NCBI RefSeq assembly: GCF_018350175.1
Contig: NC_058368.1
Location: forward strand, 104,472,001-104,536,000
Direction of reading: 5' to 3'
Length of the DNA: 64,000 nt
Source: Felis catus
Taxonomy: Eukaryota
Below, one piece after another: positions 40,221-51,435 of the stretch; position 1 is the first letter of the stretch; each line of letters starts with the position of its first letter. The notes under the pieces were generated by a model. The model ran no database searches. It was not told where the DNA came from and worked only from the letters and a program-made list of their open reading frames with translations. The translations under genes and the position numbers were made by a program.

Positions 40221-40692
40221 CTAGTAAATAACAAGCTGAGTAAAATCCCTCTTTTGGGATTCCAGAATAACGAAGCTGGAGACTCAGACCCCTGTATTGC
40301 TGAACACAAGGATCAGCAGAAATGATGGGCACGGGCAAGCTGCAGTGATGAGAAAGCAGATACTGTGAGTAAGGAGGGGAGCTGGTGAGTCAGGAGGGGA
40401 AAGGGAAAGAAAGAGGCTGAGGCACCGTGTCAACGGTGCTGCCTCCGTTTCTGCGGCTCTCCAAGACTATTTCCTGCAGCCCGGCCCCACTGTGATTCTT
40501 GTTGTCAGATTTCCATGAGTTGCTGCATTATTATCAACAAACAGAACAACCCTAGTCTGAGTGAGCCCCTGCTTCCTGCAATAAATTGGCCAAAAGGATG
40601 TTTTCCAGTAAGCCCTTTTAATGTTGTATGAGACATCTGGAGAAAGCAACACTGTAACCAAGAGCAGCAATTGTTTATTCCACTCCTTTTTA

Positions 40693-40747
40693 TTTCATTT
40701 TATTGTTTAAATGTTTGTTTATTTTGAGAGAGAAAGTGGGAGGGAGG

Positions 40748-40795
<48 letters not shown>

Positions 40796-40936
40796 CAGAG
40801 AGAGGGAGAGAGAGAATCCCAAGCAGGCTCCATGCTGTCAGCACAGAGCCCAGTGCAGCGCTTGAACTCACAAACCGTGAGATCATGACTTAAGCTGAAG
40901 TTAGATGCCTAACTGACTGAGCCACCCAGGTGCCCC
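40693..40936 (-). mobile_element. Can-SINE with an expanded (GA)n
   Basis: TSD ccactccttttta on both sides. Confidence 0.95.
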
Positions 40937-41514
40937 CCACTCCTTTTTAAAGCATTAGCTTAGGAAAAAAAAAGTTTATATTGGTATTTACTTTGGAAGT
41001 GGGAGAATATTATGATGAGCTTCTTGAGTCAAAATTAGTCTTTATGTAAAAACAAACTGATGCCTGCAAACATAATTTCAGAAAGGAAAAGCGTGAAAAC
41101 AACTATAATAATTACTGAACATTGTCTAATACTTATCAACAGTGGGATAATCAAACTACCTATTAGATGCTGTGTTTCTAGATATTTACCTTTCTGTTTT
41201 TCAGCTAGTGGAACAGAGGGTTTACTAAAGCCCTCCAGGATTCTTAGTCACATGACCACATTCCTGTCTCAAATGTGAATTAATAAGTAGATTGGCAGAA
41301 TATAGGTAAAAAAACAACATTAGGCACATATAATCAATACTCTGAATGTGGAATACAATCAGAGAGCATCTTTATTTATGTCTCCCGCTATCCTTATAAA
41401 ATGTATTCAATGGTGGGATTTCTTACTCTGTTCAGGATAAAAAATAAAAACAGTAGTAAGTGTCAGGATTCTTCTGAGTATTCTCAGCCAGCAGAAAGTC
41501 CTGTGGTCACTTTA

Positions 41515-41733
41515 TTTTTATTTTTATTGTTTTAAACATTTACTTATTTTTGGGAGAGCGCAAGTTGGGGAGGGGCAGAGAGAAAGGGACAGAAGATCCG
41601 AAGAGGGCTCCCTGCTGACAGACTGACAGCCGTGAGCCCAGTGTAGGGCTCGAACTCACGAACTCACGAGTTCACGACCTGAGCTGAAGTCGGACACTCA
41701 ACTGCTCAACCAGCTGAGCCACCCAGGTGCCCC
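41515..41733 (-). mobile_element. Can-SINE (variant with the ctgtcagtctgtcagc duplication)
   Basis: Head and tail present; imperfect TSD ending cacttta. Confidence 0.9.
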
Positions 41734-42611
41734 ACCGTGTCCACTTTAAACTGTGATTAATGTGTCTGTTGCTATGTCAAAAATCAAAAGTTAGAACTTG
41801 CTTTAAAGTTGTCTTACCTGCAGGGTAGTGCGAAGCCATGTGCCGGTGGGAAGCTGTGGAAGGGGAAGGCCTTTCTTTCCTTGCTCCTGGAAGCTCTGGT
41901 TCTTGTAGAACTGGGATGGGGAAAGGCAGAAAACGTGGTCAGGGGCAGGAGTGTTGTCACTGAGTGGTGAAGCTGTGAGCTGGCTTCCAGCCTCCCAGGC
42001 CTGGTAGACATTTACAGTAGACATTTCACAGGGGCCTTTGCGGGGTTTTGGGAGATGTTTCACCTGCAGTTCCCATGATTTCGGCAAATGCACTCTCCAT
42101 CTCAGTAGCTGCTTGCTTCCTCAGCCCCAAGGAGCCTAGGATTCTGTCCCTGCTTCTCTCCTGAGGCTCCCCCAGCCTGCCCTCTCTCACATTGGGCCCA
42201 CATCTGATCTATTCTTCTGGGGAAGCTCAGAGCGATGGCAGGTCTACACTCTGCAATCGGAGCGGCTTGCTAGTTCGTCTCTCACGTGACTTGCCAGCAG
42301 GGCGTTAGACCGCTGCGTTCTTCCTCCCTACTACCTTGGGACACACATCAGGCTTTCTGACGAGTCCCCCGCACGTCCCTTTCTCTTGACATTAGGTGAC
42401 CGCAACCTTTTACTTTAGTGAGAAGTGAAAGAACACTTTACTTAAAAAAGAAAAACAAAAATCCTCCAGATATCCTGTCTTGTCAGTCTCCAGCAGTGTT
42501 TATGTGATGCAGTAACTCTTTGGAATGTAACATCTACTGTTTTCATGGTGCGTCAGCTAACATTTTAACACTCTGAAAGTATACGCGTTTTTATTTACTT
42601 GTTTGAAATTC

Positions 42612-42793
42612 TTTTTTTTTATTATTAATGTTTTTTATTTATTTTGACAGAGAGGTAGAGAGAGAATCCCAAGCAAGCTCCTTGCTGTCAGCAAAAAGCC
42701 AGATGTAGGGCTTGATCTCACCAACTGTGAGATCATGACCTGATCTGAAATCAAGAGTCAGATGCTTAACCAATTGAGCCACCCAGGTGCCCC
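42612..42793 (-). mobile_element. Can-SINE (short, internally deleted)
   Basis: TSD tacttgtttgaaa(t/a). Confidence 0.92.
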
Positions 42794-43340
42794 TACTTGT
42801 TTGAAAATCTAATGTCAGAAATGTGTTGTTTGGATGAAGCCTCTGCACTTCCTGTACACCTATAACCACATGCTTATACTTAGGCAGGAAGTGCTCCGAA
42901 AGAACAAACTCCCAGGGTCTCTGGCCAGGCCATGGATTCTCTTTTAGCTCAGCAGACTCTAAACTCTCGGAACTTCTCTCACTGGTGACCCAGGAGAAGG
43001 ATCAGCAACCCTAGGACACAGAGGACACATAGCTCTCAGGATGTCTGCAGCCACACAAATGGGCCGTCTTACCTGTGGCCCCCTTCCCCATTGGCCTTGA
43101 AGATGTGAATGTCCCGCAGGGTTGCTGGAGAGTACTGCTGAGCTTAGCATGCTTGAGGATTATAAGGACCAAGGAGGATGGGATAGAGAGGCCAGATACC
43201 CCTGAAGGATCCTGAACCCGAAGGGCTTACTGTGGATGAGGGCAAGAAGTAAAGGAGGACATGGTTACAAGGGGGAAAAACCACATTACCTGAGGTCCCT
43301 CGCAGTGTAGACCCCAAATCTATTTGGCTGCATGTTCTTT

Positions 43341-43570
43341 TTTTTTTATTTTTTTAAATTTTTTTTTCAATGTTTATTTATTTTTGGGACAGAGAGAGAC
43401 AGAGCATGAACGGGGGAGGGGCAGAGAGAGAGGGAGACACAGAATCGGAAACAGGCTCCAGGCTCTGAGCCATCAGCCCAGAGCCTGACGCGGGGCTCGA
43501 ACTCACGGACTGCGAGATCGTGACCTGGCTGAAGTCGGACGCTTAACCGACTGCGCCACCCAGGCGCCCC
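43341..43570 (-). mobile_element. Young Can-SINE
   Basis: Near-identical to the 1403 copy; perfect 16-bp TSD tggctgcatgttcttt. Confidence 0.97.
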
Positions 43571-43944
43571 TGGCTGCATGTTCTTTACTCCAGCCACACA
43601 AAACCACCTGCAACTTTATCTAAACATGCCATGCCCTTGCATATTCTTATTTTCCACATGCTGTTCCTTCAAATGGAACATGCTCCTTATTCCCAGCCCC
43701 ACTCTATTGCTCCTATTCAACCATCAAATCCTAGTCTAATTTTCTGTGAAGATTTCTTGCTACATTCCCCATCTGGCTGCCTTACCATTTTATACATGTC
43801 TCAGTTCTAGCCATCACTGCTTTATTAACTTGCCTCTTCCTGCTCCCCAGGAGACAGTGATGGTCTAAGACATAGACTCATTCATTATTGTGCTCCCACC
43901 ACCTGCCATCGTGCTTCAGTGTTGTAGGGACTTCTCTTAGATCT

Positions 43945-44078
43945 CTGTAGCTGTGCAATAATTGACCATGAACTTAGTAGCTTGAAACAACACACGTTTA
44001 TCTCAGATTCTTTTTTTTTTCTTAAGTTTATTTATTTTTGAGAGAGATTGAGAGAAAGTGGGGGACGGGCAGAGAGAG

Positions 44079-44132
<54 letters not shown>

Positions 44133-44780
44133 CCCAGGCAGGCTCTTCACTTTTTGGTGCAGAGCCCAATGCAGGGCTGGAACTCATGATCAATGAGATC
44201 ATGACCTAAGGGGAAATAGGACACTTAACTGACTGAGCCACCCAGGCACCCATATTATCTCAGTTTCTGCAGGTCAGAAGTATGTGCATGATGTGGCTGG
44301 ATCCTCTCATCACAGTCTCAGCTGAAATCAAGGTGTTATGCAAGGCGCAGGTTCTCATATGGAGCTCAGGATCCTCTTCTAGGCTCACTGATTGTTGACA
44401 GAATTCATTTCTCGAAGCTGTAGGACTGATGTCCCCATTTTCCTGCCAGCTGTTGACCAATAACTGCTCTCGGCTCCTAGCAGCCACCCACAGTTTCTTG
44501 CTATGTGGCCCCACTAGGCAGTTCACAACACTGATGCTTAGGCCAGCTGGAGCACATCTTGGATTTCTTCTGCAACCAGCCAGAGGGAACTCTGCTTTAA
44601 GAGGGCTCACCTGATGAGATCAGGCCCAACCAGGATGATCTTCGTTTTGCCATATGATGTAACATAAACACAGCAGTGATATTTCATCATATTCAGTGAG
44701 TTCCATCCGCACTCAAAGGGGGAAGGAATTATACGAGGGTGAGGGTTTGCTTGGGTCATCCTAGAATATTGCCTGCCATG
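43945..44780 (-). mobile_element. MaLR LTR (MLT1E/F-like) interrupted by a SINE
   Basis: aacttagtagcttgaaacaac...tctcagtttctgcaggtcag...gacagaattcatttc...ctagaatattgcctgcca resemble MLT1 consensus. Confidence 0.8.
44012..44252 (-). mobile_element. Can-SINE with (GA)n, inserted in the MLT1
   Basis: TSD ttatctcagattct / ttatctcagtttct. Confidence 0.93.
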
Positions 44781-45749
44781 GGGCTCAACAAATAATATCA
44801 AATAAGATGTGTCCCAGAAATTTGTAAATTATAAACAGTGCTATTCAATTGTAATGGTTTTTTTTTTTTTCCCTCTTGTCACTTTGGAAGGCTTTTTAAG
44901 TTGCTCCCAAATCTGTGTTGAGTACAGAATCATCGAGGATGTTGTATGTGACATAATACAAGGAGGTCCCTACAGTGAGCCCAGGTAGCACTGGAAATTC
45001 AGGGTGGGTAGCAAGACCTGGTCCAACAGCTGACTGGCTACATTACCTTAGGCTAAGTCCCTGAAACTCTCTGAATGTCAGATTTCTCATTGTGTATGAA
45101 ATGAAGGGGTGGGACTAGACCATGTATAAAGTTGGCCAGCTCTAATATTCTAGAATTTCTGAGACTAAATCATACTGTTCAAATTAAAATCTAGCCAAGT
45201 GACTCACAATATCCAAATTCATTAAAATAGTTCACAAAAGAATTTCATTATAGATGAAATTACAGTGACGTGATTTTAAGAGAAAAAGGCAATTTTGTTT
45301 TAAAGCGAAGCCATTGCTCTATTGGTCGAACCTGCCTAAATATAAGCCAGGGTACACAACCACATTTTTAATACTTTACCTAAATGGTGAAGAATATTGT
45401 CTTTAGATGACATAGCTATCCAGTTATGTCCAGAAGTGAATTTTCTCCAAGATATTAAAACCTGATACTGTTTTACAATTTGAATTAACTCAATTGATGA
45501 CGAGTGAATAACTATCCAAGGCAGCCCTCAAATATTATGAATCAATTCACTGACTACGTGTAAAGCATGTTGAGATTCTTATATACATTTTGGAGGTTTA
45601 AATCCTTCTTTTGTTTTTCTCAAATGAAGTCTTTCTCACTAGGATAATTATTCTCTTCTACCCCCAAAAAAATGAATTCTAATTTTAAACAGGTATTATT
45701 AAATCCCACTGAAATAGGCTTCATGCAGATGTATTTGTTAAAACATCCC

Positions 45750-46076
45750 TTTATTGACTGTGCACAGTTATTAACAATTCACATTTCACTTTATCTACTG
45801 AGTAGAAGAGCATTTATTCTTTCATTAAAAAGTTAAGCCCTTAGGGCAGCAGCAGGGATGCAGAGCCTTCTTCCTATAAACTGTACCATCCAGTGTGCAT
45901 GTGAAATGCTTCCATGTTAATACAAAAAGGAAGAATAAATAAAACAAACAGACCTCTCCCGCCCTCCATCATCCTCTCGCTGCCAATACACTCCTCTTAT
46001 TTTATAAAATGCCCACAGGTAAACCATTCCCACATCGGTACAGCCACCAATTGGAAAAGTAATGTCACCATTTATT
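45750..46076 (-). terminator. C5orf63: Candidate C5orf63 polyadenylation signals (AATAAA at 46076-46071, 45818-45813, 45755-45750)
   Basis: Three TTTATT hexamers on the + strand within ~410 nt downstream of the stop codon; which is used cannot be told from sequence. Confidence 0.55.
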
Positions 46077-46162
46077 GGGCACCACCTGGTCTAGAACGTC
46101 TGTAGGGTGTGTGAAAGGCCATGTCCTCAGGAAGATGCCATCTGGACAGAGAGGGTGGAGGA

Positions 46163-46333
46163 TCATAAACCTTGCTGCTCAAGTTTCTGGAGCTGCTTTT
46201 CAAGTTTTGAGATGTCTACTCGATGCATCATCAGAAACTGGCCATTCAAATGAAAGACGGGGATGTCAAATTTATACCTTTGATACCAAGCAGAGTTTTC
46301 TGGAAGTGTGATGTCCACCTCCTGTAAAATAAA
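46163..46333 (-). CDS. C5orf63: C5orf63 last coding exon, FILQEVDITLPENSAWYQRYKFDIPVFHLNGQFLMMHRVDISKLEKQLQKLEQQGL*
   Basis: Acceptor tctgtttcAG at 46335-46334; 171 nt ending in TGA; glutaredoxin-like DIPV (cis-Pro-type) segment. Total protein 38+19+56 = 113 aa. Confidence 0.95.
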   Translation of the reverse strand, partial: FILQEVDITLPENSAWYQRYKFDIPVFHLNGQFLMMHRVDISKLEKQLQKLEQQGL

Positions 46334-47471
46334 CTGAAACAGAGACAGACTAAAGCTCTGAATTTTGGAGACCACGGAATGATACAACAGCCACAGTGCC
46401 AACCTGATGCCCAGACTTGCTCTCATGTGGAGGGGTTTGCTGTGGTCTGAGGTCCCAAGTGATCTCATGTCCCTGATTTCCACAACTTGATTGATTTCAT
46501 TATATTCCTTAACTCTCTGTTTTGCCATTTTTCTGCCACACCTGTTTACATTCAGCGTCAGGTCACTACTCCATTTCCAGTGAAATAAAATACGTCCCGA
46601 CCAGGAGGCTGAGAATCAAGACAGATGTGCTTTGCATGTGAGAATGGGAAAGGTGTCATGGTTTGCTGCAGGAAAACACTTTGATGGAAATGACAGAGTA
46701 AGGTAAAAGGAATGCGGACAAAAGTTTAAAGAAAGCATCAACATGGACCTGCTAGTTAGCTTTGATTCATATTAAGAAAACCAGCACTGCTCAGAGAAAA
46801 ACACTTCGGGGTAATGAGTTTTGTGGAAATTAGCACTGAAATCTCTCTCTGAAGAATAGAAAGAAAATTTTAATGAAAAATCATTTAATTTCTTCCTAAA
46901 GAAAGGATCCAGGCAAACACTCTATACTACCTACGCTCTCCATTCCATGTACATAAAGCCACACTCTGTTAGGCAGGTTTCCCCTGCTTTTTGAAAGTTT
47001 GCATCAGGCCACTTGGCTATTATGAAAGACCTACATTAGTACCTGTTTTGCTACCTGAAAAAAAAAAAATCGGAAAGGGATTTTTGCTTTCATGAAAAAA
47101 GGTGAAAGGTGAAAAAAGTGCTCAGCGTTTGGCCATTCTAGACTCACGGGGCACCGTGAGCAGCGAGAGTGGTGCCGCCAAGCTCCTTCCCCGCCAACCT
47201 ACGGCAGCATCCAACATCCAGCCCCGAGAGCTTTGAACTGTGTCTGTGAGCATCTGTGCTTTACCTCGGTTTATTCTGTGCATCCTTTAGCAAGATGTGT
47301 CCTGAAGTATCGGGAAAGCCTGAGAGAGGTTATTTTTTGGATCTGGGAATGCTAAAAATTTTTTCTACATAAATTAACGTTAAATGCTCCTTTGCTTCTG
47401 ACCACTTCGGCATATGAAGGTTGGATAGGAATGCTCTACTTGCAGATAGCGGAGGGGGAAACTGGTGTTAC

Positions 47472-47528
47472 CCTGTTTTTATAAGCCTCCAGCACTTCCT
47501 TGGCTTCATCACAAAGGGGGCATGGATC
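47472..47528 (-). CDS. C5orf63: C5orf63 second coding exon, DPCPLCDEAKEVLEAYKNR, containing the CxxC (CPLC) motif
   Basis: Not in the ORF track; read by hand. Acceptor ttttttccttcctgtAG at 47530-47529, 57 nt in frame, donor AGG|GTAACA at 47471; phases join both neighbouring exons. Confidence 0.95.
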
Positions 47529-47771
47529 CTACAGGAAGGAAAAAATAAAGCCATTAAATCCAAGGAATGACATGTAGCCCAACAAAAACCACAAGAAGCA
47601 GATTATGCTTATTTTAAAGGATTTGTTTTTTCACCAGGTTAGTTATACTGTTTTATTTCCAAAGCAAAACATTGCCATAGAATCCTATAAATAGCTAGAG
47701 TTTCACGGTAAACGGGCTGTCAGCACTTTTTAGTAGTTTTGATTTTTCACAATTAATCTACCTATACATAA

Positions 47772-47913
47772 ATGTATACACATATATACTAAATTTAGAT
47801 GCTTACATTTGTTACACATGTATGTGTGTACATTAATATGTACATATCACATATACATACACATACATGTGTAACAAATTAAGCATCTAGATTTAGTATA
47901 TATGTGTAAACAT
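47772..47913. repeat. Near-perfect inverted repeat (arms ~55-56 nt, loop 31 nt)
   Basis: Left arm 47772-47827 equals the reverse complement of 47859-47913 except 2 mismatches and one 1-nt indel. Confidence 0.92.
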
Positions 47914-48766
47914 AGATATATACACAAACACACCATAATTTAAATGCTTATATTTTTTGTTACTGGCTTTATCTAATTCATATTGGGGAAGATTATCTTT
48001 CATTGACTCTAGTCCAACGGCTTTGTCCTTCCTGTGTCAGGAGCACTTTTCTGGCCTGGCTAACATGACCATAATAGCTGAGAGTCTGGTTTTGAAGGCG
48101 CTGAGCTTTGCCTGCCTGATTTTCCTCATCAGTCCACAGGAATAAACTCACTGAGATGGAGTTAGATAGTGATTGCCCCACCTTCAAAAAGGGAGAAATC
48201 TCTATTTACTTTGGATCATGACTGTACCAACTCTTCAATGGTTTTCCTTTTTTCTCATTACAAGCATCAGTAATAAATTTCCCAGGTTAATTCTCCACTA
48301 TAGGAGCAAGCAACTTTTAGTGCCTGTTGTTGTTTGTATTCTTTAACCACCTAGTAGAGAAATCTGTTTAGAATGCTATGGATCTCTGGCAGATTTTAAA
48401 ATCTTCTCAGCCCGAGACTCTATGAACAGCGACTAGCTATAGGTTCTCTTGCACGAGCTGAAAATAGACTCAACGTTACTGATGCTTATATAAAACCTGC
48501 TTTTTAACATGACAGGAAGAGGTGAGCTGTTATATAAAAGAAAGGCCCCTCCTCCAGCTTAACTCCCAGCTTGTTTCAAAATAAGGACCCAGATCCTCAA
48601 AAGGCAGTTTTTCTTCAGAAGGGTCTTTCTGGCCCTGACTTCCTGCTTCAGAGAATTAGGCTCATCATTTATTATGAGCATCATCAATAAACAGATTATG
48701 GATAGTCTGTTATGTTTCAAGATAATCATGTGAAATTTTCTGAGAAAGTTATAAAAAGTCAACATA

Positions 48767-48980
48767 TTTTTTTATTATTTATTTTGAGAAAGAGCGAGAG
48801 AGTGTACAAGCTCGCGTGAACATGGGAGGGGCAGAGAGAGAGGGAGAGAGAGAATTCCAAGCAAGCTCTGTGCTGTAAACACAGAGCCCGATGTGGGGCT
48901 TGATCCCACAAACCATGAGACCATGACCTGAACTGAAATCAAGATTCAGATGCTTAATCAACTGAGTCACCCAGGCACCC
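48767..48980 (-). mobile_element. Can-SINE (first of a tandem pair)
   Basis: Head ends ...ccaggcaccc at 48980; poly-T tail at ~48767. Confidence 0.92.
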
Positions 48981-48995
48981 CAACAGAGGATTTTA

Positions 48996-49210
48996 TTTAT
49001 TTATTTTTAAAGTTTACTTATTTATTTTGAGAGAGCAAGAGAGAGAGCATGAGAGTTGGGGAGGGGCAGAGAGAAAGGGAGAGAGACAGAGAATCCCCAG
49101 CCGGCTTCACACTGTCGGCATACAGCCCAAGGTGGGGCTTGAACTCATGAACCATGAGATGAAGACTTGAGCTGAATTTGGACACTCAACTTAGCCACCC
49201 AGGTGCCCCC
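48996..49210 (-). mobile_element. Can-SINE (second of a tandem pair)
   Basis: TSD caacagaggatttta / caaccaaggatttta. Confidence 0.92.
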
Positions 49211-49642
49211 CAACCAAGGATTTTAAAGCAGAAGCAAAACAGGAACAAGCTAAACTACAGAAGGACCAAATATACCAACATTTTGCTTTTATAATAAAAA
49301 ACTCCATAGAACCTTGATCATGTTTTCTGTTTTTGTAAATATGAAAATCTGAGCAAGTTATCATGTGTATATGTATTTTTGTAAGGAAAGGTTCATCAAA
49401 TTTTAAAGAGGCCTATGAATGGAAAAAGACCAGTGGTCTGGACCATTCAAACATCCTTATCTAGGACTTTCCGTGACACCAAAAGAGCACTTATTCACTC
49501 TGTCCCTGAAATACAGTGGACATTTGTTGGGTTGGCCATCCCATTCCCCTTTCTGGTAGCAGGAATTCTGTGCTTTTGCCTCACAGAACCTGCTCTCAGC
49601 AGTTGCTGACGTCATCCCTGAACAAGAAGGGTGGAACAGTTC

Positions 49643-49865
49643 ACTTAGGCTGAGTCCATCAGCACATCCTCTCCCTCTCCCCGATTGACTTAGGCTGAGT
49701 CCATCAGCACATCCTCTCCTTCTCCCCGACTGACTTAGGCTGAGTCCATCAGCACATCCTCTCCTTCTCCCTGATTGACTTAGGCTGAGTCCATCAGCAC
49801 ATCTTGTCCCTCTTCCCTATTGACTTAGGCTGAGTCCATCAACACATCCTATCCCTCTTCCCTAT
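49643..49865. repeat. Minisatellite, 5 x 45 bp
   Basis: Unit acttaggctgagtccatcagcacatcctctccctctccccgattg starting at 49643, 49688, 49733, 49778 and 49823. Confidence 0.97.
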
Positions 49866-50558
49866 GAATGACTCAGGGATTGGCCAATCTTACGGCCAAT
49901 ATATGCCATATGGCCAATCTAATTGGCCAATTATATGCCTAATGACCTGAATCAAGGATTCATTACAAATTTTAAGCTAAATGGAAAATTATTGTGGTTT
50001 TTTTCTTTTTTCTTTTTTGCAAATGTTTTTGGCTAACTTGTCTTTTGTTCATACTGACAAATAATGCAGAATTGTTAGGCCGAATGAGCACCATTAGCCT
50101 TAAGGGATTATTTTATTTTTGTGGTTAATTCTCATATGCATATATAGACACAGATGATGAAATATTTTTATTCCATAATTTCCAACAATGCATTATATAC
50201 TTATGGATATAAAGAGAATTATAAACTATAGCCTCAACAAGAAATTCAATTTTAAAAAATGACTTAAACTTTACTATTAGACAGCCATCAAATATTTTCA
50301 GATTGCTAAAATGCCTGAAATCTGAAAAACCTAATAAACAAGAGAGCTTTTTTGCTTGAATCAGGACTATTATTCACTAAAGTTAAGTCCATTACCCTGT
50401 ACTTTATTTCTTTCTTTGATTATGGATCACACAAAGAAATGTTAACTAGCAAAAGGAAATTCAGCAATGTTTGTATTATAAATTTCAGGGGGAAAAAGCT
50501 CTTAAAAATTTTAAACAGTGGTGGCTTCAAACTAGTGTTAGGGATTACAAAACAAGTA

Positions 50559-51192
50559 CAGTCACTCCTTGTTATTTGTAGCTTTAATATTTGCAAAGTT
50601 GCTTATCATTGAAACTTATTTGTGGTGCTTCTGTGGTCATTCAAAAATATTTGAGGACTTGCACAGAGAAGTGAAAAATCTGAGTCACTCAAAAGTGTCC
50701 ATTCCCAGCTGAGGTCAAACAAAACAGTGGTCCCCCTTATTGTTTCAGGTCTCCTACTGTCAACAAGTGTCCTTTTCATGATCTGACGGCCATGCTTTTT
50801 GCATGTTTGTACTTTTTGTGGATTTTGCTACCTAGAATGGTCCCCGCACACTGCTGAAGTGCTTTCTAGTGTTTCTAAACACAAGAAAGCTGTGATGTGC
50901 CTTACAGAGAAAATATTGTGTTATATAAACTTTGTTCAGGCATGAGATGTGGTGCTCTTGGCCATGAATTTGACGTTGATGAATCAACAATATATATTAA
51001 ATAAAGTGTCTTTAAATAGAAACATACATCAAAGAAGGTTATGTATTGATCAGTTGACAAAAATGTTGTGACCAGAAACTCACAGGAATCAAACCTTGTA
51101 TTTCCCCTGGGAGGAACGGTTTGGTGTTCACTAATTCAGTGTTTGTGGTGACTTCATAGAACATAGCTACCACAAATGAAAAGAATTAACTG
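50559..51192 (+). mobile_element. TcMar-Tigger non-autonomous DNA transposon (MER82-like)
   Basis: TA|cagt...actg|TA termini, 634 bp; internal ttcccagctgaggtcaaacaa and aagaaagctgtgatgtgccttacagagaaaata match recalled MER82. Confidence 0.85.
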
Positions 51193-51334
51193 TATTTCTA
51201 AGTGATATATTTATAAACATCATCTATTCTGATAGTTCTTTCTTCTGACATAGGGATCAAATGACTATTAAATATATTAGTTTACTCCCTGAAAATGGTG
51301 AGACAGTGAGGTATCTGGGTAGAAAAGAGAGTAC

Positions 51335-51435
51335 GCTGACAGTGTGGCGTCTACTTGGGGTTCTCCGTCTCTCTCTGTCTCCCTCTGCCTCTCCCCTGCT
51401 CACGCACACATGCTTTCTCTCTCTCAAACATGAAA
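51335..51435 (+). mobile_element. 5'-truncated Can-SINE
   Basis: CT-rich SINE 3' part flanked by the direct repeat agaaaagagagta. Confidence 0.75.

Noticed and set aside
39950..40338. 119-aa and 74-aa ORFs over the candidate alternative exon
   Set aside because: They are in different frames from the splice-compatible one and show no homology; only the phase-0 QPPK... frame is considered.
43161..43172. YKDQ-encoding stretch resembling the human C5orf63 alternative tail
   Set aside because: On the wrong (+) strand and only four residues; chance match.
46334..46528. N-terminal part of the 121-aa ORF 46163..46528
   Set aside because: Intronic read-through upstream of the acceptor at 46334; only 46333-46163 is coding.
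49643..49865. CRISPR-like array
   Set aside because: The units are whole tandem copies with no unique spacers, there are no cas genes, and the context is mammalian; it is a minisatellite.
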